A DNA stretch of 64,000 nucleotides from the human T2T-CHM13v2.0 reference genome, Homo sapiens (GCF_009914755.1 NC_060941.1); one strand, 5' to 3'. Counted from the stretch's first letter, positions 1 through 18,664 are shown. Program-made: numbers and translations. The notes: generated by a model from the sequence alone, not told the origin.

Positions 1-1374
1 AATGAAACTCTGGCTAACAGGGTTATGGGGCATCTGAGAAGTCACGGGATAGGTCTAACTTTCTCAGAGGGGAGGCTGCAATTGTTTTTTTTTTTCTCTT
101 TATTTCCAACATCTGCTCTTAAAATTAGTTCTGCACAAATGTTTGCAGATACAGAGCAGCTGGCAGTCTTGCCTGCATTTTGCCCATTGGTGGATTGTAA
201 GGAAGTCACTGAAGTAGGGCTATTGAATTTTCCATTTCTGTTCCAGTGTTTTCAGAGAACTGGCAAATTTATGTTCTGGAACATTGGACTCAGAATGTTA
301 ACATCCTACTGAATACTGTTTAGAGCTTGAGATATTCATAGCAGAATTGTAAGTTTACATCTAATCTCTCAAGACAACAAGATTTGAAAATATACTCTCT
401 TGCAGCCATTTGTAGGCAATTCTTTTTCATGTCAGTGTGGAATAAAGATACACTGTTCTATTTATATTAGTGCTTTCTGATTCATTTGATTTTTTAAAAT
501 AAATAAGAAAATAAATCATAAAAATAAACATGCCCTACTTAATTAATAAAAAATGCAAAATAAAACAAGCTCCACTTTCATCTTTCAGACTGGCAAAGAT
601 AAGAGATTATAAATGTTTCCAAACCTGGGAAAAGTGAAAGAGGAACTCTCACATACTAATGGCTGGGAGTGTAAAATAGTAAAATTTTTCTGAAAGTAAT
701 ATGACATTGTGTCAAAAATCTTAAAGATGTTCATGACCTATTAGTCGATTACAGAATTTAAAGAAATAGAGAGGTGTATAAATATTTATACAAAAATATT
801 CCCTATTTTTTCTTATATTACATATATCAGCTCAAATGTTCAACAACAGATGAATAATTACATTGTAGAACACTGAAATGAGTTACTGTCCTTAATACAA
901 CATAGGGAACTCTTATTTCAGCCAAATCCTTTAATAAGCCTGATTGATTTTGTTAAATGGAAAAACACTGGTGGAAAGCAGTTGTCTATTAGACATTATG
1001 ATTGCTCTTTGTTTTCAAAGTTATTAAAGGGTTAAATTGTTTCTTTTGTATTATGCACATGTTTGTTTTTAAACTAACTCCAGCTCTAATTCTTGAAAAT
1101 GGAGAGTTTACAGCTTTCAATTTGTTTTACAATCCCATGGAATTGGTGACTATTATTAATATTACTCAGTGGCCATAACAGCACAGTATAACATCAACAT
1201 GAACTCTTGGCTCCCATTCAAGAATCAAAATAGTAATATTAAAAAGAGTGTATATCCCTATTCCTAGAGACTACATTAACAAAGAAAGAAATCTCCCTCC
1301 CTCCCAAAAGAGAATAATGATATTTACAAAAGGTTAAGTGGGTACAGGAACAATAACTAAAGAAGGCAGAGAAG

Positions 1375-1520
1375 TCCTGGCATGGTGGCTTACGCCTATA
1401 ATCCCAGCACTTTGGGAGGCTAAGGCGGGAAGACAGCTTCAGGCCAGGAGTTTTAGACCTGCCTTAGCAACACAGCAAGACCCCCATCTCTACAAAAATA
1501 AAAAATAAAAATAAAAAAAA
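1375..1520 (+). mobile_element. Alu left monomer (FLAM-like)
   Basis: Left arm followed by A tail. Confidence 0.85.
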
Positions 1521-1615
1521 GGCAGAGGAGCTAGCGGTCTCGTAACAAGGTGCTATGGAGTACAAGAGGAGGGCTTATAGGTGGATATTCCTGGTAGTGT
1601 AAAAAGTATTCTGGG

Positions 1616-1961
<346 letters not shown>

Positions 1962-2178
1962 TTAGAAAGAATAATTTTTAAAATTAACTTTGGTGAGTTT
2001 TAGAGCTACGGAGTTAACAAGGCAAGCAAGCCAACCTGCAAGCAAAACAAAATATCCACAGTTACTTACGGGTTACCTAAAAAGCCAAGAGAAATGGAAT
2101 TGGGTAGGATTGGTTTTAATATGACTTTTAAAACAAAAAATCTTTAAGATGTACATCTAGCTCAAAAATCTCCAAAGA

Positions 2179-2560
<382 letters not shown>

Positions 2561-2911
2561 TTATCACCTACCAAGGCAAACATCAATCAACTTTTACTAT
2601 TGATATAGGACATAGGGCCTGAATAGAGCAAATTTAAATTGGAAATCCCCATCCAAGGGAAAGTTTCCTTCCATTTTCCATTCTGTTTTTAGAAGAGGTT
2701 ATAGACAAGAACAGAAATTGCTATCAGTGACTGACTGACTTACTTAAACAAGCTTCTAGGGAAAGTTCTTGGCAAATTAGATATTTGGTTGAGTTTCCTC
2801 CACCTTCTACATTTATTTTCCCTTGAGAGGGAAGTGTTCAAAATAATGTTTGGTTTCCAGAAAAGTTTATTAATAGGCTAAAGAAAGATATTTTATTAAA
2901 GGGGGTTTTCA

Positions 2912-3198
2912 GGCTGGGCGCAGCAGCTCATGCCTGTAATCCCAGCACTTCGGGAGGCTGAGGTGGGTGGATCGGATAAGCTCAGGAGTTTGAGACTAGC
3001 CTGGGCAACATGGCAAAACCCCATCTCTACAGAAAATACAAAAATTAGCTGAGTATGGTGGTGCGTGCCTGCAGTCCCAGCTACTCAGGAGGCCAAGGTG
3101 GGAGGATCGCTTGAGCCTGGGAGGTGGAGGTTGCAGTAAGCCAATTGTGCCACTGCACTCCAGCCTGGGTGACAGAGCAACACTCTGTCTCAAAAAAA
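2912..3198 (+). mobile_element. AluJ-like
   Basis: Full dimer. Confidence 0.93.
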
Positions 3199-3273
3199 TG
3201 GGGAGGGGGTGGGTGGGTTTCAGGTTAACACATTTAACTTACAAAATAAATTTGGTTTTATAAATAAATATTT

Positions 3274-3647
3274 TGATATGGTTAGGCTTTGATATGGGTC
3301 CCCACCCAGATCTCATCTTGAATTGTACTCCCTATAACCCCGATAAGGGAGAGACCAGGTGGACTTAATTGAATCATGGGGGCAGTTTCCTGCATGCTGT
3401 TCTCATGATAGTGAGTGAGTTCTCATGAGATCTGATGGTTTTATAGGGGGCTCTTCCCCATTTTGCTTGGTACTTCTCCTTCCTGTCATCTTGTAAAGAA
3501 GGTGCCTTGCTTCCCCTTTGCCTTCCACCATGATTGTAAATTTCCTGAGGCCTCCCCAGCCATGCTGAATTGTGAGTTGATTAAACCTCTTTATAAATTA
3601 CCTAGTCTTGGGTATGACCTTATAGCAGCATGAGAACAGACTAATAC
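3274..3647 (+). mobile_element. THE1/MST (ERVL-MaLR) solo LTR
   Basis: TGATATGGTT...TCTCATCTTGAATTG...GAGATCTGATGG...CAGACTAATAC. Confidence 0.88.
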
Positions 3648-3809
3648 TTTAATTATTTACAAATAAATAATTAAATTGCCTTTATGAGCTGTGAAAAGAA
3701 CATGGAGATGCAGAATTCTCTGTGATTGTCAGATAACATCTAAATCAGTCAGAAAATTAAGTTAATTATAATGCTGCAGATTTTCAAAAGATTGGGCTGG
3801 TCCTGAGCT

Positions 3810-4800
3810 CTCTTTTCTCTCTCTATAACTTTCCCCCAAGTGATCCCATTAGTACCAGGACTTTAAATATCAACTATTTGCCGGTGAATCCCAAATGTAC
3901 AGATGCTCCTCAACTTACAAGGCTCAGTTCTGATAAAGTCAAAAAAATCATAAAGTCATAAAATCATTGAGTCAAACCATGGTAAGCTGGAGACTGTCTG
4001 TATATCACTCTCTCTAAACTCTGAACTCATATATTCAACTATGTGTCATCTCCAATGACAGTCTCACAGTCATCTGAAACTTATCATGTTAGAACTATAC
4101 TCCCCACTTCAACTTCCATTCTCTCCCCATAAGCCTGCCCAGGACTAGTATTCCTTATCTCAGAAAACAATGCAAACATACACCTCAGTTTCTCTAATCA
4201 GAAATCTAGAGTGATCCCTGACCCTTTGCCTCAAGCCTCCTGTTCAGCTTATCAGTAAGCCCTGTAGGTTCTATATCCAAAATATGTCTTAAGTTTATCT
4301 AACTCTTGTCATCTCCTCTTGAGTATCACCTCTTATCTGCAATTGCCTCCCTACTGGCCTCCTTCTTTCCATCCTTATCTCCTATAGTCTCTTCTCCACA
4401 CAGCATCCAAAGCCATCTTTTGAAAGCACAAACATGGTCACTCCCATGTTGAAAACCTTTCAGTTGTATTCCCATAGTTCTTGGGGAAAAAAATCAAAAC
4501 TTCTTACTACAGTCTGTAAAGCCTCACATGATTTCATCCTTATCTACTTCTCCATAGTTTCCTCATTCAGCCCCACTACATTATGATCCGGCCACATTGC
4601 CCTCCCTTCAACCTCCTCAAACATGCCAAACTCTCTCCCACCTTGGGGCTTTGAATATGCCTTTTGTTTAAATGACTCTTTTTCTTTTACCCCATGCCTG
4701 GCTCCTACTTATTCTTCAAACCTCACTCGGTATAACTCCATCATGAAGGCCTTGCCTAACATTTAATCTATGTACTGCTCCCTAGTTATTTCAGTCATAG
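3810..4800 (+). mobile_element. L2 fragment (3' end resumes at ~7340-7460)
   Basis: Pyrimidine-rich L2 motifs (TCTCCACACAGCA, CTCAAACATGCCAA); L2 terminus CACATAGTTGATGCTCAAAAT. Confidence 0.6.
3900..4000. mobile_element. Short Tigger-type MITE (MER47-like)
   Basis: Imperfect terminal inverted repeats CAGATGCTCCTCAACTTAC / GTAAGCTGGAGACTGTCTG, flanked by TA on both sides. Confidence 0.7.
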
Positions 4801-5283
4801 AATTATAATTTGTAACTACGAATTTGTACACATGCTTATAATGAAAACTATAAACCACTGATGAAAAAAATTGAAGAGGACACCAAAAAAAAAAAAAAAA
4901 AAGGAAAGATATTCCATGTTCATGGATTGGAAGAATCAATACTGTGAAAATGTTCACAGTACATACACAAAGCAATCTACACATTCAATGTAATTTCTAT
5001 CAAAATACCAGTGACATTCACAGAAATAGGAAAAACCCTAAAATTTATACAGAACGATAAAAGACCCAGAATAGCCAAAGCTATCCTAAGGTAAAAAGAA
5101 AAAAAAAAAAAAAGGAGGAATCATATTACCTGACTTCAAATTATACTACAAAGGAATAGTAACCAAAACAGCATGCTACTGCCATGAAAATAGACACATA
5201 GACCAATGGAACAGAATAGAGAATCCAGAAAGAAATCCACACATCTATAGTGAACTCATTTTTGGGAAAGGTGTCAAGAACAA

Positions 5284-5947
5284 AATTGGATTATTAGATT
5301 TTTTTTCCTATAGAGTTGTTTGGAGCTCCTCATGTGTTCTGGTTATTAATCCCTCGTCAGATGGGTAGTTTGCATATATTTTCTTCCATTTTGTGGGTTG
5401 TCTCTTCACTTTGTTGATTGCTTTCTTTGCTGTGCAAAAGCTTTTTACCTTGATGTGATCCCATTTGTCCATTTTTGCTTAGGTTGCCTGCGAGTTAAAC
5501 CTCAAGAACATACATTGGGGAAAAGACAGTCTCTTCAAAAAGTGTGCTGAAAAACTGAATATCCATATGCAGAAGAATAAAACTAGACCTCTATCTCTCA
5601 CCACATAAAAAATCAAACATAAATGGATTAAAGAATTGAATCTAAGACCTCAAACTATGAAACCACTACAAGAAAACATTGGGAGAACTCTCCAGGACAT
5701 TGGACTGGGCAAAGATTTCTTGAGTAATACCCCACATGCACAGGCAACCTAAGCAAAAATGGACAAATGGGATCACATCAAGGCAAAAAGCTTTTGCACA
5801 GCAAAGAAAACAATCAACAAAGTGAAGAGACAACCCACAAAATGGAAGAAAATATATGCAAACTACCCATCTGACGAGGGATTAATAACCAGAACACATG
5901 AGGAGCTCCAAACAACTCTATAGGAAAAAAAATCTAATAATCCAATT
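5284..5947. repeat. Inverted repeat: 207-bp arms (5284-5490, 5741-5947), 250-bp spacer
   Basis: Arms are reverse complements with 2 mismatches counted by eye. Confidence 0.93.
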
Positions 5948-6707
5948 AAAAAATGGGCAAAAGACTTGAATAGACATTTCTCAAAAGAAGACATACAAAT
6001 GGCAAACAGGCATATGAAAAGGTACTCAACGTCACTGATTATCAGAGAAATGCAAATCAAAACTACAATGAGATATCATCTCATCCCAGATAAAATGGCT
6101 TTTATCCAAAAGACAGACAATAATGAATGCTGGTGAGGATGTGGAAAAAAGGGAACCCTTGTAAACTGTTGATCGGAATGTAAATTAATACAACCACTAT
6201 GGAGAACAGTTTGGAGGTTTCTCAAAAAACTAAAAATAGAGCTACCATATGATCCAGCAATCCCACTGCTCAGTATATACCCCAAAGAAAAGAAATCAGT
6301 ATATCACAGAGGTATCTGTACTCCTATGTTAGTTGTGGCACTGTCTACAATAGCCAAGATCTGGAAGCAACCTAAGTGTCTACCAACAGATGAATGGATA
6401 AAGAAAATGTGGCCCTTATATACAATGGAGTACTATTCAGTCATTTAAAAAATGAGATCCTGTCATTTGCAACAACATGAATGAAACTGGAGGTCATTAC
6501 TTTAAGTGAAATAAGCCAGGCACAGAAAGACAAACATCTTGTATTCTCATTTATTTATGGATCTAAAAATCAAAACAATTGAACTCATGGAGATAGAGAA
6601 GGATGGTTAACAGAGGCTGAGAAGAGTAGTAGAGGGGTGAAGGGGAGGTAGGGATGGTTAATGGGTACCAAAAAAAAAAAAAATAGAATGAATAAGACCT
6701 AGTATTT

Positions 6708-7371
<664 letters not shown>

Positions 7372-8274
7372 TTATTCATCAATGCATACTTATTGCCTAG
7401 CATAGTGTGTGACACATAGTTGATGCTCAAAATATATGTTTAGAATAAATAAATCAATGGATGAGATTTTAAAAAAAACAATTGGAGAAATAGATGGAAA
7501 CAAAGATCAAATAAGTATAGACTACAAATCTCCCTTACTACCTTATTCAGCACTCATATTTCTTCTAGATTTCCACTACAGTAGATATTCCATATTAAAT
7601 AATGAGTTACTAGTCATAGTATTACCATAAGGCATATGCAAATAAAAGAAAATCCAGCTGTGCCCTACTAAATATACTATGTTATGATTGTAATAAGCAA
7701 ATTAATGGTATAATATGAAACTCAAGATCTCAATTGTTTAATTTTCTGAGCTATATAAAAAATGGATAGGCAGAGAAACAAGCTCAAAGCAGCAAATGAA
7801 TAACAGAAAAAGTCTGGTTTAAGATTCATTGATATTCTGAAGTCAATCACAGGAAAACTTAACAAATACAGACAGCATTGTGTTATTTGTCATAATTATA
7901 CAAACTGCACAAATTGGTGGCTAAATTACATGATTTCCCCTCACATCTCATGTCTGTACATTTTACTTTTTAAAATGTGTCCAGAAGTATATGGTTTTAA
8001 AATTCCATGGTAAAAAGTCCAAGAGCTGAAATATGATGACCATATTTTCCCAACAAAAAAATCAGAATGTTGACCTAATTTAAACTAAGAATATTGAAAA
8101 TCTGTAATATAGTTTAAGTATTATCATTTCCATATTATGGATATACACGGACTCAGCCATGTTATCTATCCAAGGTGAGTGATAATTGTGAGAGGTAGAA
8201 TCAGTATTCAAATAGGTTTTTCTTATTCAGAGGCTCATGCTGTTTCCACTTCTCAGGAACAGTGCTTTCTGCTG

Positions 8275-8445
8275 TTTTTTTTTTTTTTTTTAATAAACTT
8301 TATTTTTTAGAGCGCTTTTAGGTTCACAGCAAAATTGAACAGAAGGTAGACAGATTTCCTATATATCCCCTGCCTCCACACATGCATATAGCCTCCCCCA
8401 TTATCAACATCTCCGACCAAAGTGGTACATTTGTTACAATTGATG
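8275..8445 (-). mobile_element. L1MB-like 3' terminal fragment
   Basis: Poly-T followed by TTTAGGTTCACAGCAAAATTGA...GGTACATTTGTTACAAT. Confidence 0.7.
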
Positions 8446-9074
8446 TGCTGCTCATTTTCTCATTCATTCCAATATGAACTGAATACCTACTAGGTGTTTT
8501 TGTGAACAAATGGATATTAGAAAGAAAATGCAACTCATCCCTAAAGTTAATAAATACTCCCCAAATCAAACAAAACCTAAACTGAGGGAACAGACCACCT
8601 GAAACAAAGAAGATCAACTGTCTTTTTCTTTGCAAAGTCTGCTCTAACAGCATGTGACATCCATTTGAGGCTTCCAGCCAATCAGAAAATCATCAAAACA
8701 AGATGCAATGTTTCCAAATCCCAGCCAAAGCTCATGAAATTAAGCTGGTGAAAGCAATGCCACAAATTTAATGTTGGGCATACTAAATTTTGACACCTAA
8801 AGATGTAAGAGACTAGAATGTTAAAAACATAAAAGATGTTTTCAAAAATCTATTGTTATATTTTGCTCATGAGACTCAAATAAAAAAAAGAGCAAACCAA
8901 TTGCAAAGACAACTCAATATACTGTATACACATGCTGCTAGGATGAACAGCCTTCTAGTCATTCATTCGATTATCCATCCATCCATCCATTATCCATCTA
9001 GCTAGCTGGCCATCAAACATCATTGAGTGCCTACTACATGTTTGGCACTCTGCTGAACAGTATACAGGATAAAG

Positions 9075-9342
9075 TGCAGTGACACAATCACAGCTCACTG
9101 CAGGCTCGAGCCCCACCGGGCTCAAATGATTCACCTCAGTCTGCCGTGTAGCTAGGACTACAGGCACGTACCACCCATGACCAGCTAATTTTTTCTATTT
9201 TTTGTAGAGACAAAATATGTTGCCTAGGCTGGTCTCAAACTATGTTGCCTAGGCTGGTCTCGAACTCCTACACTCCAGCAATCCAACTGCCTTGGCCTCC
9301 CAAAGTGCTGGGATTACAGGCACAAGCCACCACACCAGGCCC
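9075..9342 (-). mobile_element. AluJ-like with an internal 25-bp tandem duplication
   Basis: TATGTTGCCTAGGCTGGTCTCRAAC twice. Confidence 0.88.
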
Positions 9343-10288
9343 ATTTTTTTCTTTAAACCAGAGGTTGAAAACTGGAAGCTCACAGGAAGAATCCTCCCTG
9401 TAGAACTGTTCTGTATAACTTTCATGGTATTTATTTTTAATTAATCTGATTTTTAGACAAGAGAGATACACAGAGACTCCAACAATTCCCTAAGTCTTAT
9501 ATAGGCCCAATTCATATATTCATGCTTCCCTCCTGGCTTTGGTAAGCAAATGAGTTCTGACTCTTGCTTTGCACTGTGCTGCCTTCTCTAATAGTACAGG
9601 CTGAATTTAATTAAGAAAGTTACTTCCCTTCCATCCCAATTCTCAAAGGCAAAGGTTTTTTCTTCTCCCTGAGAACACTACCTCATATTTGAGTAATACT
9701 TTCATAAAAATAACATTTTTTGTGTAGGACATTTTATAAGGATGCAAAGATAAATGAATTTGCTCATGGTTACAAAGCCAATTAGGGCTAGACCTGGGGA
9801 TTCCTGGCTCAGTTCAGGAGTCTTATTAATATTAAGCCTTGAGCCCAAAGGACCAAACAGCATATCCCACAACAATTCATTTATGGCTCAATTCTTTCTT
9901 TTCAGAAAAATATTTATATCAAACTTAAATGAACATATTGAATTCTGAATAACATCTTTCATAGGTATAAGGAAATCTAAAAGATACAGAGTAGTATCTG
10001 TGTGCTCCTTATATATTCTAAATTGTGATTAATGTCTTCAAATACAAACATGTTAATCAATTATCACAAATGAAATGTAAGAATAACAAAGTGACTAAAG
10101 AGTTTTTAAAGAACTAAAGACTAGAAACTAGAATTTGATACACTGCCAGCATCTATACATATGTGAAGTATTGAAGATTTCCCAAACCTCAGTTATAGTA
10201 GCTATAAACTAAGTTTGTTATCATTGGCCACCAAAGAACAGTAGGATAGTTTTTCAGTGAAAAGGAGAAATCAAAATCCTTATATTAA

Positions 10289-10716
<428 letters not shown>

Positions 10717-11370
10717 CCTACTTTGTTAATAAAATGAAATAATTATGAAAAGTACACGTGGGAGATGAAATCAGAACTTGAAAATTTCCCCAAAACTTTA
10801 AAATGAACTCAAACTTTTACAGGCTTCAAGGAGAAAAACAAACAAACAAACAAACATCTCCAAACATTTCAATTGAGGAAAAAACTGCATTATTTGCTTC
10901 TTAAGATGTACAGGAAGTCATTTGGTTACAGAACTCAATGGCTGAAAGCTTCAGGGAGATACAAAGATTGATACATAGCTGTCCTATTATACAATGCCAG
11001 TCTTCTAAAATGAGAATGTAATTTTTAATATTTGGAAAATGATGTCTGGAGCATACTCACTGATGTCTGGAGCATATTACTGATGGAAGTGTAAACTAAT
11101 ACAACTTTTCTAGAAAGCAATTTGGCACACTTACCAAAACCTTTCAAAAACTCACAGCCTTTTCTCTAGTAAATCCCTTTTGATGTGCATATTTCTTTCT
11201 CCCACTATCATCACCATCAAAAGAATCCAACAAATTTGAAATCATCAAGGATTTATAACTGGCCTTAAGATAGTAGCCTGGACTTTTCCCTGCACCTCAT
11301 TATATACTCAAGGTAGCATTCTATTCTCACATGGAGCTTTACAATACATGCTTTTAAATAAAGATGCTCT

Positions 11371-12050
<680 letters not shown>

Positions 12051-12619
12051 CTCTTATGCTTAGTGACAAGTTGAATTCTGGTATGGTAAAAGGCTTCTAT
12101 TAAAAACTGGTATTAATTTTTAGAGTTAGTAAGTTCAAAGAATTTAAACTCTGAATAATGAGTACCTTTTATATTTTGGGTTATATCTTTGTAATTCACA
12201 CATTTTCCAAATCCTATGTTAGGTGTCATTTTATTGAGTGCCCACTATGTGCTTAACAGCTGTAAAAAGAAGAAAGAATTTTAAAAGAATCAGAAGACAC
12301 ATTATCCTATCGTGTTTCAGAAAGGTTTCTGCTAATCTCTATAGTAGTCAGGGCAACAGATTAGTCTTAACTATACATGACATACTATAATATCTAAATA
12401 TAAGTTATACTGTATATAAATAGAAATTTTTATCTATGCATGATGAATTGATAAAACTGCACATTGGATACACTTTATAAGTTCTCCTGGAGTAAAGAAT
12501 GGTAATGTCATCCTGTATAGTAAGGTTAAATCATAACAGGAAATAGATATTTAAGTCACAGAGGATGAGTTAATTCTCTTCCTGGACAGCCTAACTTCTC
12601 CTGTTCCAGACTAACTCCT

Positions 12620-14150
12620 TATTTAGTGTCTTAGACCAGTCCCCTGAGACCTGTTCCTATCAATTATCTCCTGTCTCACTTTTATCTTCTATCTCTTTCC
12701 CCACTGCCATTACTTTGGTTCATTTCCTTTAGCACAGAAACATTTTCAAGTCTACTGCATACTTTAAAAACAAGAAAAATATTTGACCTTGCATTCCTCC
12801 ATCTAGATATAATCCTTTTTCTCCTTCTATTCATGAGAACTCTTGTGAAAATGAATACTCTATTTTTACTGTTTCTTTACATACATATATATATGATGAG
12901 TGAGAGAGGTTACTATGTTGCCCAGGCTGGTCTCGAACTCCTGGGCTCAAGCAATCCTCCCACCTTGGCTTCCACAAGTGCTGGGATTACAGGTGTGAGC
13001 CACTACACCTGGCCTATATTCACAATTTGTTTGATCAATTTTCTCTTCAACTTACCTCAATCAGGCTTCTCTGTCCCACCTCTCCACTGAAACTACTGTA
13101 GCCAAAGTCACAGGTGGCTTCCACACTACCAACTCATAACACTTTTCTTTGTATTATCGAATTTCTCAGTTGCATTTGACAGAATTGGACCATTGATTTC
13201 TTCCTAAAACTTTTGGCACACTATTTTCTACTGGTCTTCCACAAATTGCTTTCTGATTGCTCCTTTCAGTCTGTCAAATTCTCCTTTTCTACTTTTACCC
13301 CTTACATATGGGGGCTTTCAGGGTTCTGTCCTTGGCATCTATCTCCATGGGCATTCCTTGAGTGATGTCATCTCTCTCACAGCTTCAAGAGACTACAAAC
13401 ATTACTTTAGGATATTTTCATCACTGGTCTTCTTGGATATCTTACTGCCTAATTGGAACATGTTTGCTAACATATTCCACAGGATTACATACCTCAGCTG
13501 GTCCGCAACTGAACTCATCTTCCCACTAAAGCTTTACTTCTTGTACTTTTGTTAATATCATCTGCCATCTACTCAGCCCAACCAAGCTCAAAGTCTTCAA
13601 GAGTTAACCAGTCTTCTATCTTTATTTCACCTCATAATCCATCATCAGGCCTCTACCACTTCACTTTTTATATATTTCTGTAATCTATCTCATCCTGTCT
13701 ATCCCAACCACAACTGCCTTAGTTTGAGTCTATGTTAGTTCCAGGACTTGGCAACTGCAACAATCCACTCTAAATTGTAACTCTGACCTTACATCTCTAC
13801 ATAAAACTTTTATGTTCCTCACTGCCAAAAGCAGTATTTTTTGTGTCAGGGTTACCTGTGGATGCTTGTAAAGATGCATATTCCTGGGTCAATCTGCATT
13901 TTTACATATTTTTCAACTTATTCTGATGCAATGTAAAGCCTGAGTACGGGCTAAAGTTTAAGTTTAAATTTCTTACCAAGGCATAAAAAGCCTCCAAGGT
14001 CTTGGCTCTTGCCTACTTAGTTCTCTAATCTAGCACCTCCCTTTTTCTCCCATCACGTGCTTTATTATCTAGAGTACTGAATTCATTTACACTTATCCAA
14101 GTGTCTCTGGCTTCCATGCTTTTGCTGTTCCTCTTTCTTCTCACCAAGTC
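12620..14150 (+). mobile_element. L2 fragments
   Basis: CACTGAAACTACT...AAAGTCAC, GCATTTGACA, ACTGAACTCATCTTCCC. Confidence 0.55.
12900..13014 (-). mobile_element. Alu left monomer
   Basis: Reverse-complement left arm. Confidence 0.85.
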
Positions 14151-14239
14151 TTATGCAACCTATTGCATATTATGCTTTTTTTCTATCAAGCAGGTACTAA
14201 CTTTTAACTCTTATTAACCAAAGACTGGGGTTTCTTGCT

Positions 14240-14531
14240 ATTGTATCATAAAAAAAAAAAAAAAAAAAAAATCAGGTCTTTTTCCCCAGTTCCTGACACA
14301 GAGCTCCTAAAACCCTTGGAATTTCCTGAGTGACACGAGTGATAGAAGCATCTTTAGTTTTAAGGAAGTGTCTCTTGGCTGGCCCCTAGATAGCTTTAGG
14401 ATGGGAGCTAGTCACCAGAAACACCAATCCTTGATTAGAAGCTTGTAATTTTCAGCTCCATCACATAACCAGGGAAGGAGTGGAGATTGAGTCAGTTACC
14501 AATGACCAATGATTTAATCAATAATGCTTAC
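14240..14531 (+). mobile_element. MER21-like LTR fragment
   Basis: GTTCCTGACACAGAGCTCCTAAAACCCTTGGAATTTCCTGAGTGA. Confidence 0.65.
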
Positions 14532-15780
<1,249 letters not shown>

Positions 15781-16389
15781 TTATAGCGCTCCTTCAACTT
15801 CTATTACACAGTTCTGAAGACACTTTACCAAGAGTATGTGGTATCCTTAAGTGCTAAAGCTGGACAGGACCTTAGAGATTAAAGATTTTTTTCTCGGATA
15901 AGAAAACCAGGACTAGAAAGATGAAAAGATTGACCAGAGCCAGAGTTAAGTGGTAGCAAAGCCAGATGAATGGCTCTCCTATCGAGCCAATGTAATTTCT
16001 TCAACATCATGCAGCTTATACTACTTTGGGGCCACCTATCTTATTTAATTATATGCCTATAGAGGATATTTTGTTAACAACTTAATACTTGAGATCAGTA
16101 GTAGTGTTATAAAAGCAAGCTATTAGCATAGAACACAATAAAAAAAAATCTTGGAGCAGGCATAGAAATTTTTGTACATCTTAGATATTATAACTACGAA
16201 ATTATTTAGTGAGGATCAATAGAGGATAAACTTGAGCTTTAGTAAGAATAAACAAAAACAAAACAGAGTACTTTAGGTGTATTTCCTAGGTCCTATTTCC
16301 TAGACCCATCAAAAATGACATGGAATTCAAGACTGGAGTTTAAGACAAGAAGGGTAAGGCAGGCCAATCTTTGGTACGTGCTTTCAAGA

Positions 16390-16580
16390 CAAGGGTCTCT
16401 GAAGTCGGATTGCCTGGATTCTAATCCTGTCCTACCCCTTATCTGTGCCTCTATTTCCTCATCTGTAAAATGAGGATGGTAATAGTACACATCTTCAGAG
16501 GGTGGTTGTCAGGACTGAATCAGATCATATTGATAAAGAGTTCAGAATAGTGCCTAGCACAGAGTAAGCCAATGTTGGTT
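16390..16580 (+). mobile_element. MIR
   Basis: Core TTCCTCATCTGTAAAATGAGGATGGTAATAGTA. Confidence 0.75.
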
Positions 16581-16820
16581 GTTCTTATTTCTTTCTCTTT
16601 GAAGAGCAGAAACCTGGTCATCATAGTAGAGGGAACAGAGCTACTTTTAAATGGTCTTCTGCAGTTCAGGTTAGGGAATGCTATTACTAAATACTAATTT
16701 TAGAAAATAAATAAGTGCTTTCAGCTTATTTTAATGTAATTTAATGTGAAGAAAACATTTCCTTATCTTTTATAAAAACTAAGATGACCTTACAGAACAC
16801 AATATAGTTTTTGCAGATTA

Positions 16821-17161
<341 letters not shown>

Positions 17162-17552
17162 CTATGCTGAGACAGAGACTGCACTTGACTCTACCATGGA
17201 AACTAACAGATAGTGGTGAGAAAAAGCCTAAAATCACGAAGTCTAAGACTGAGGAATCTTTATGGTTCCATTGGATGGTTGGAAAGAGATTTGGAGAGAA
17301 TCAGGCATTCAGTGTATTTCTTTCCCACTGAAATCCCAAGAAAGCAGAGTTGGAGTTTTATGTATGAGACTTAGTGCCATAGCATGGACAGCTTGGAAAC
17401 TGGACAACTCTCTGGGATGGAATCCGTATAAGTGTAAAGCAAAAACCTAGTAATTTTTATAGACCAAATATTTTGATGGTTTATATTTCTACAGTATTAA
17501 CAGCAACCTTAACCATACAAACAGTAGAAAAAGTCAGTATAAAGAAAGTGAC

Positions 17553-17875
17553 AGCCAGCTGCAATGGCTATGCCTGTAATCCCAGCCCTTTGAGAGGCTG
17601 AGGTGGGAGGATCACTTTAGGCCAGGAGTGTGAGACCAGCCTGGGTAACATGGCAAAATCACATCCCTACAAAAAACTTAAAAAAAAAAAAAAAGCCAGG
17701 CGTGGTGGCACACTCCTGTAGACCAGCTACTCAGGAGGCTGAGGTGGGAGGATCACTTGAGCTCGGAGGGTTGAAGCCATGATAGTGCACCACTTCACTC
17801 CAGCCTAGGTGAAAGAGTGAGACACTATCTCAAAAAAAAAAAAAAAAAAAAAAAAAAGGAAAGAAAAGAAAAAAA
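17553..17875 (+). mobile_element. AluJ-like
   Basis: Dimer, long A tail. Confidence 0.92.
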
Positions 17876-18064
17876 GACTACTATGTTTCTAATTTAAAAT
17901 AAAATTAAAGGCATTGTATATAAAATTTGAGTTTAGTTTTCTTAAAAAAAAATGGTGCTAAGACACCTGCAAAGCCACATGCAAACAAATACCATATACA
18001 AAAATTTACTCAAAATGGATCAAAGGCCTAAATGTAAGAGAAAAATCATAAAACTGTCAGAAGA

Positions 18065-18399
<335 letters not shown>

Positions 18400-18664
18400 T
18401 CATGATGTAGGATTTGCCAAAGAATTCTTAGCTATGACACCAAAAGCATGAACAACAACAACAAAATAGGTACACTGAACTTCACCAAATTTAAAAATTT
18501 TGTGCTTCAGAGTACACCATAAAGAAAGAAAAAAGACAACCCAGAGAATGGGATAAAATATTTGCAAATCACATATCCGACATGGGACTTGTATCTGGAA
18601 TACATAAAGAACTCTTACAACTCAATAATAAAAAGACAAAAAGTCCAATTTAAAAATGAGCAAA

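Noticed and set aside
230-355. Plus-strand acceptor and donor pair suggesting an antisense exon
   Set aside because: Weak donor context (ATT|GTAAGT) and no independent support
16293-16490. ORF containing LESTYQ, resembling a motif I recall from SSH2
   Set aside because: Overlaps a MIR edge, has no flanking similarity or splice sites; coincidence
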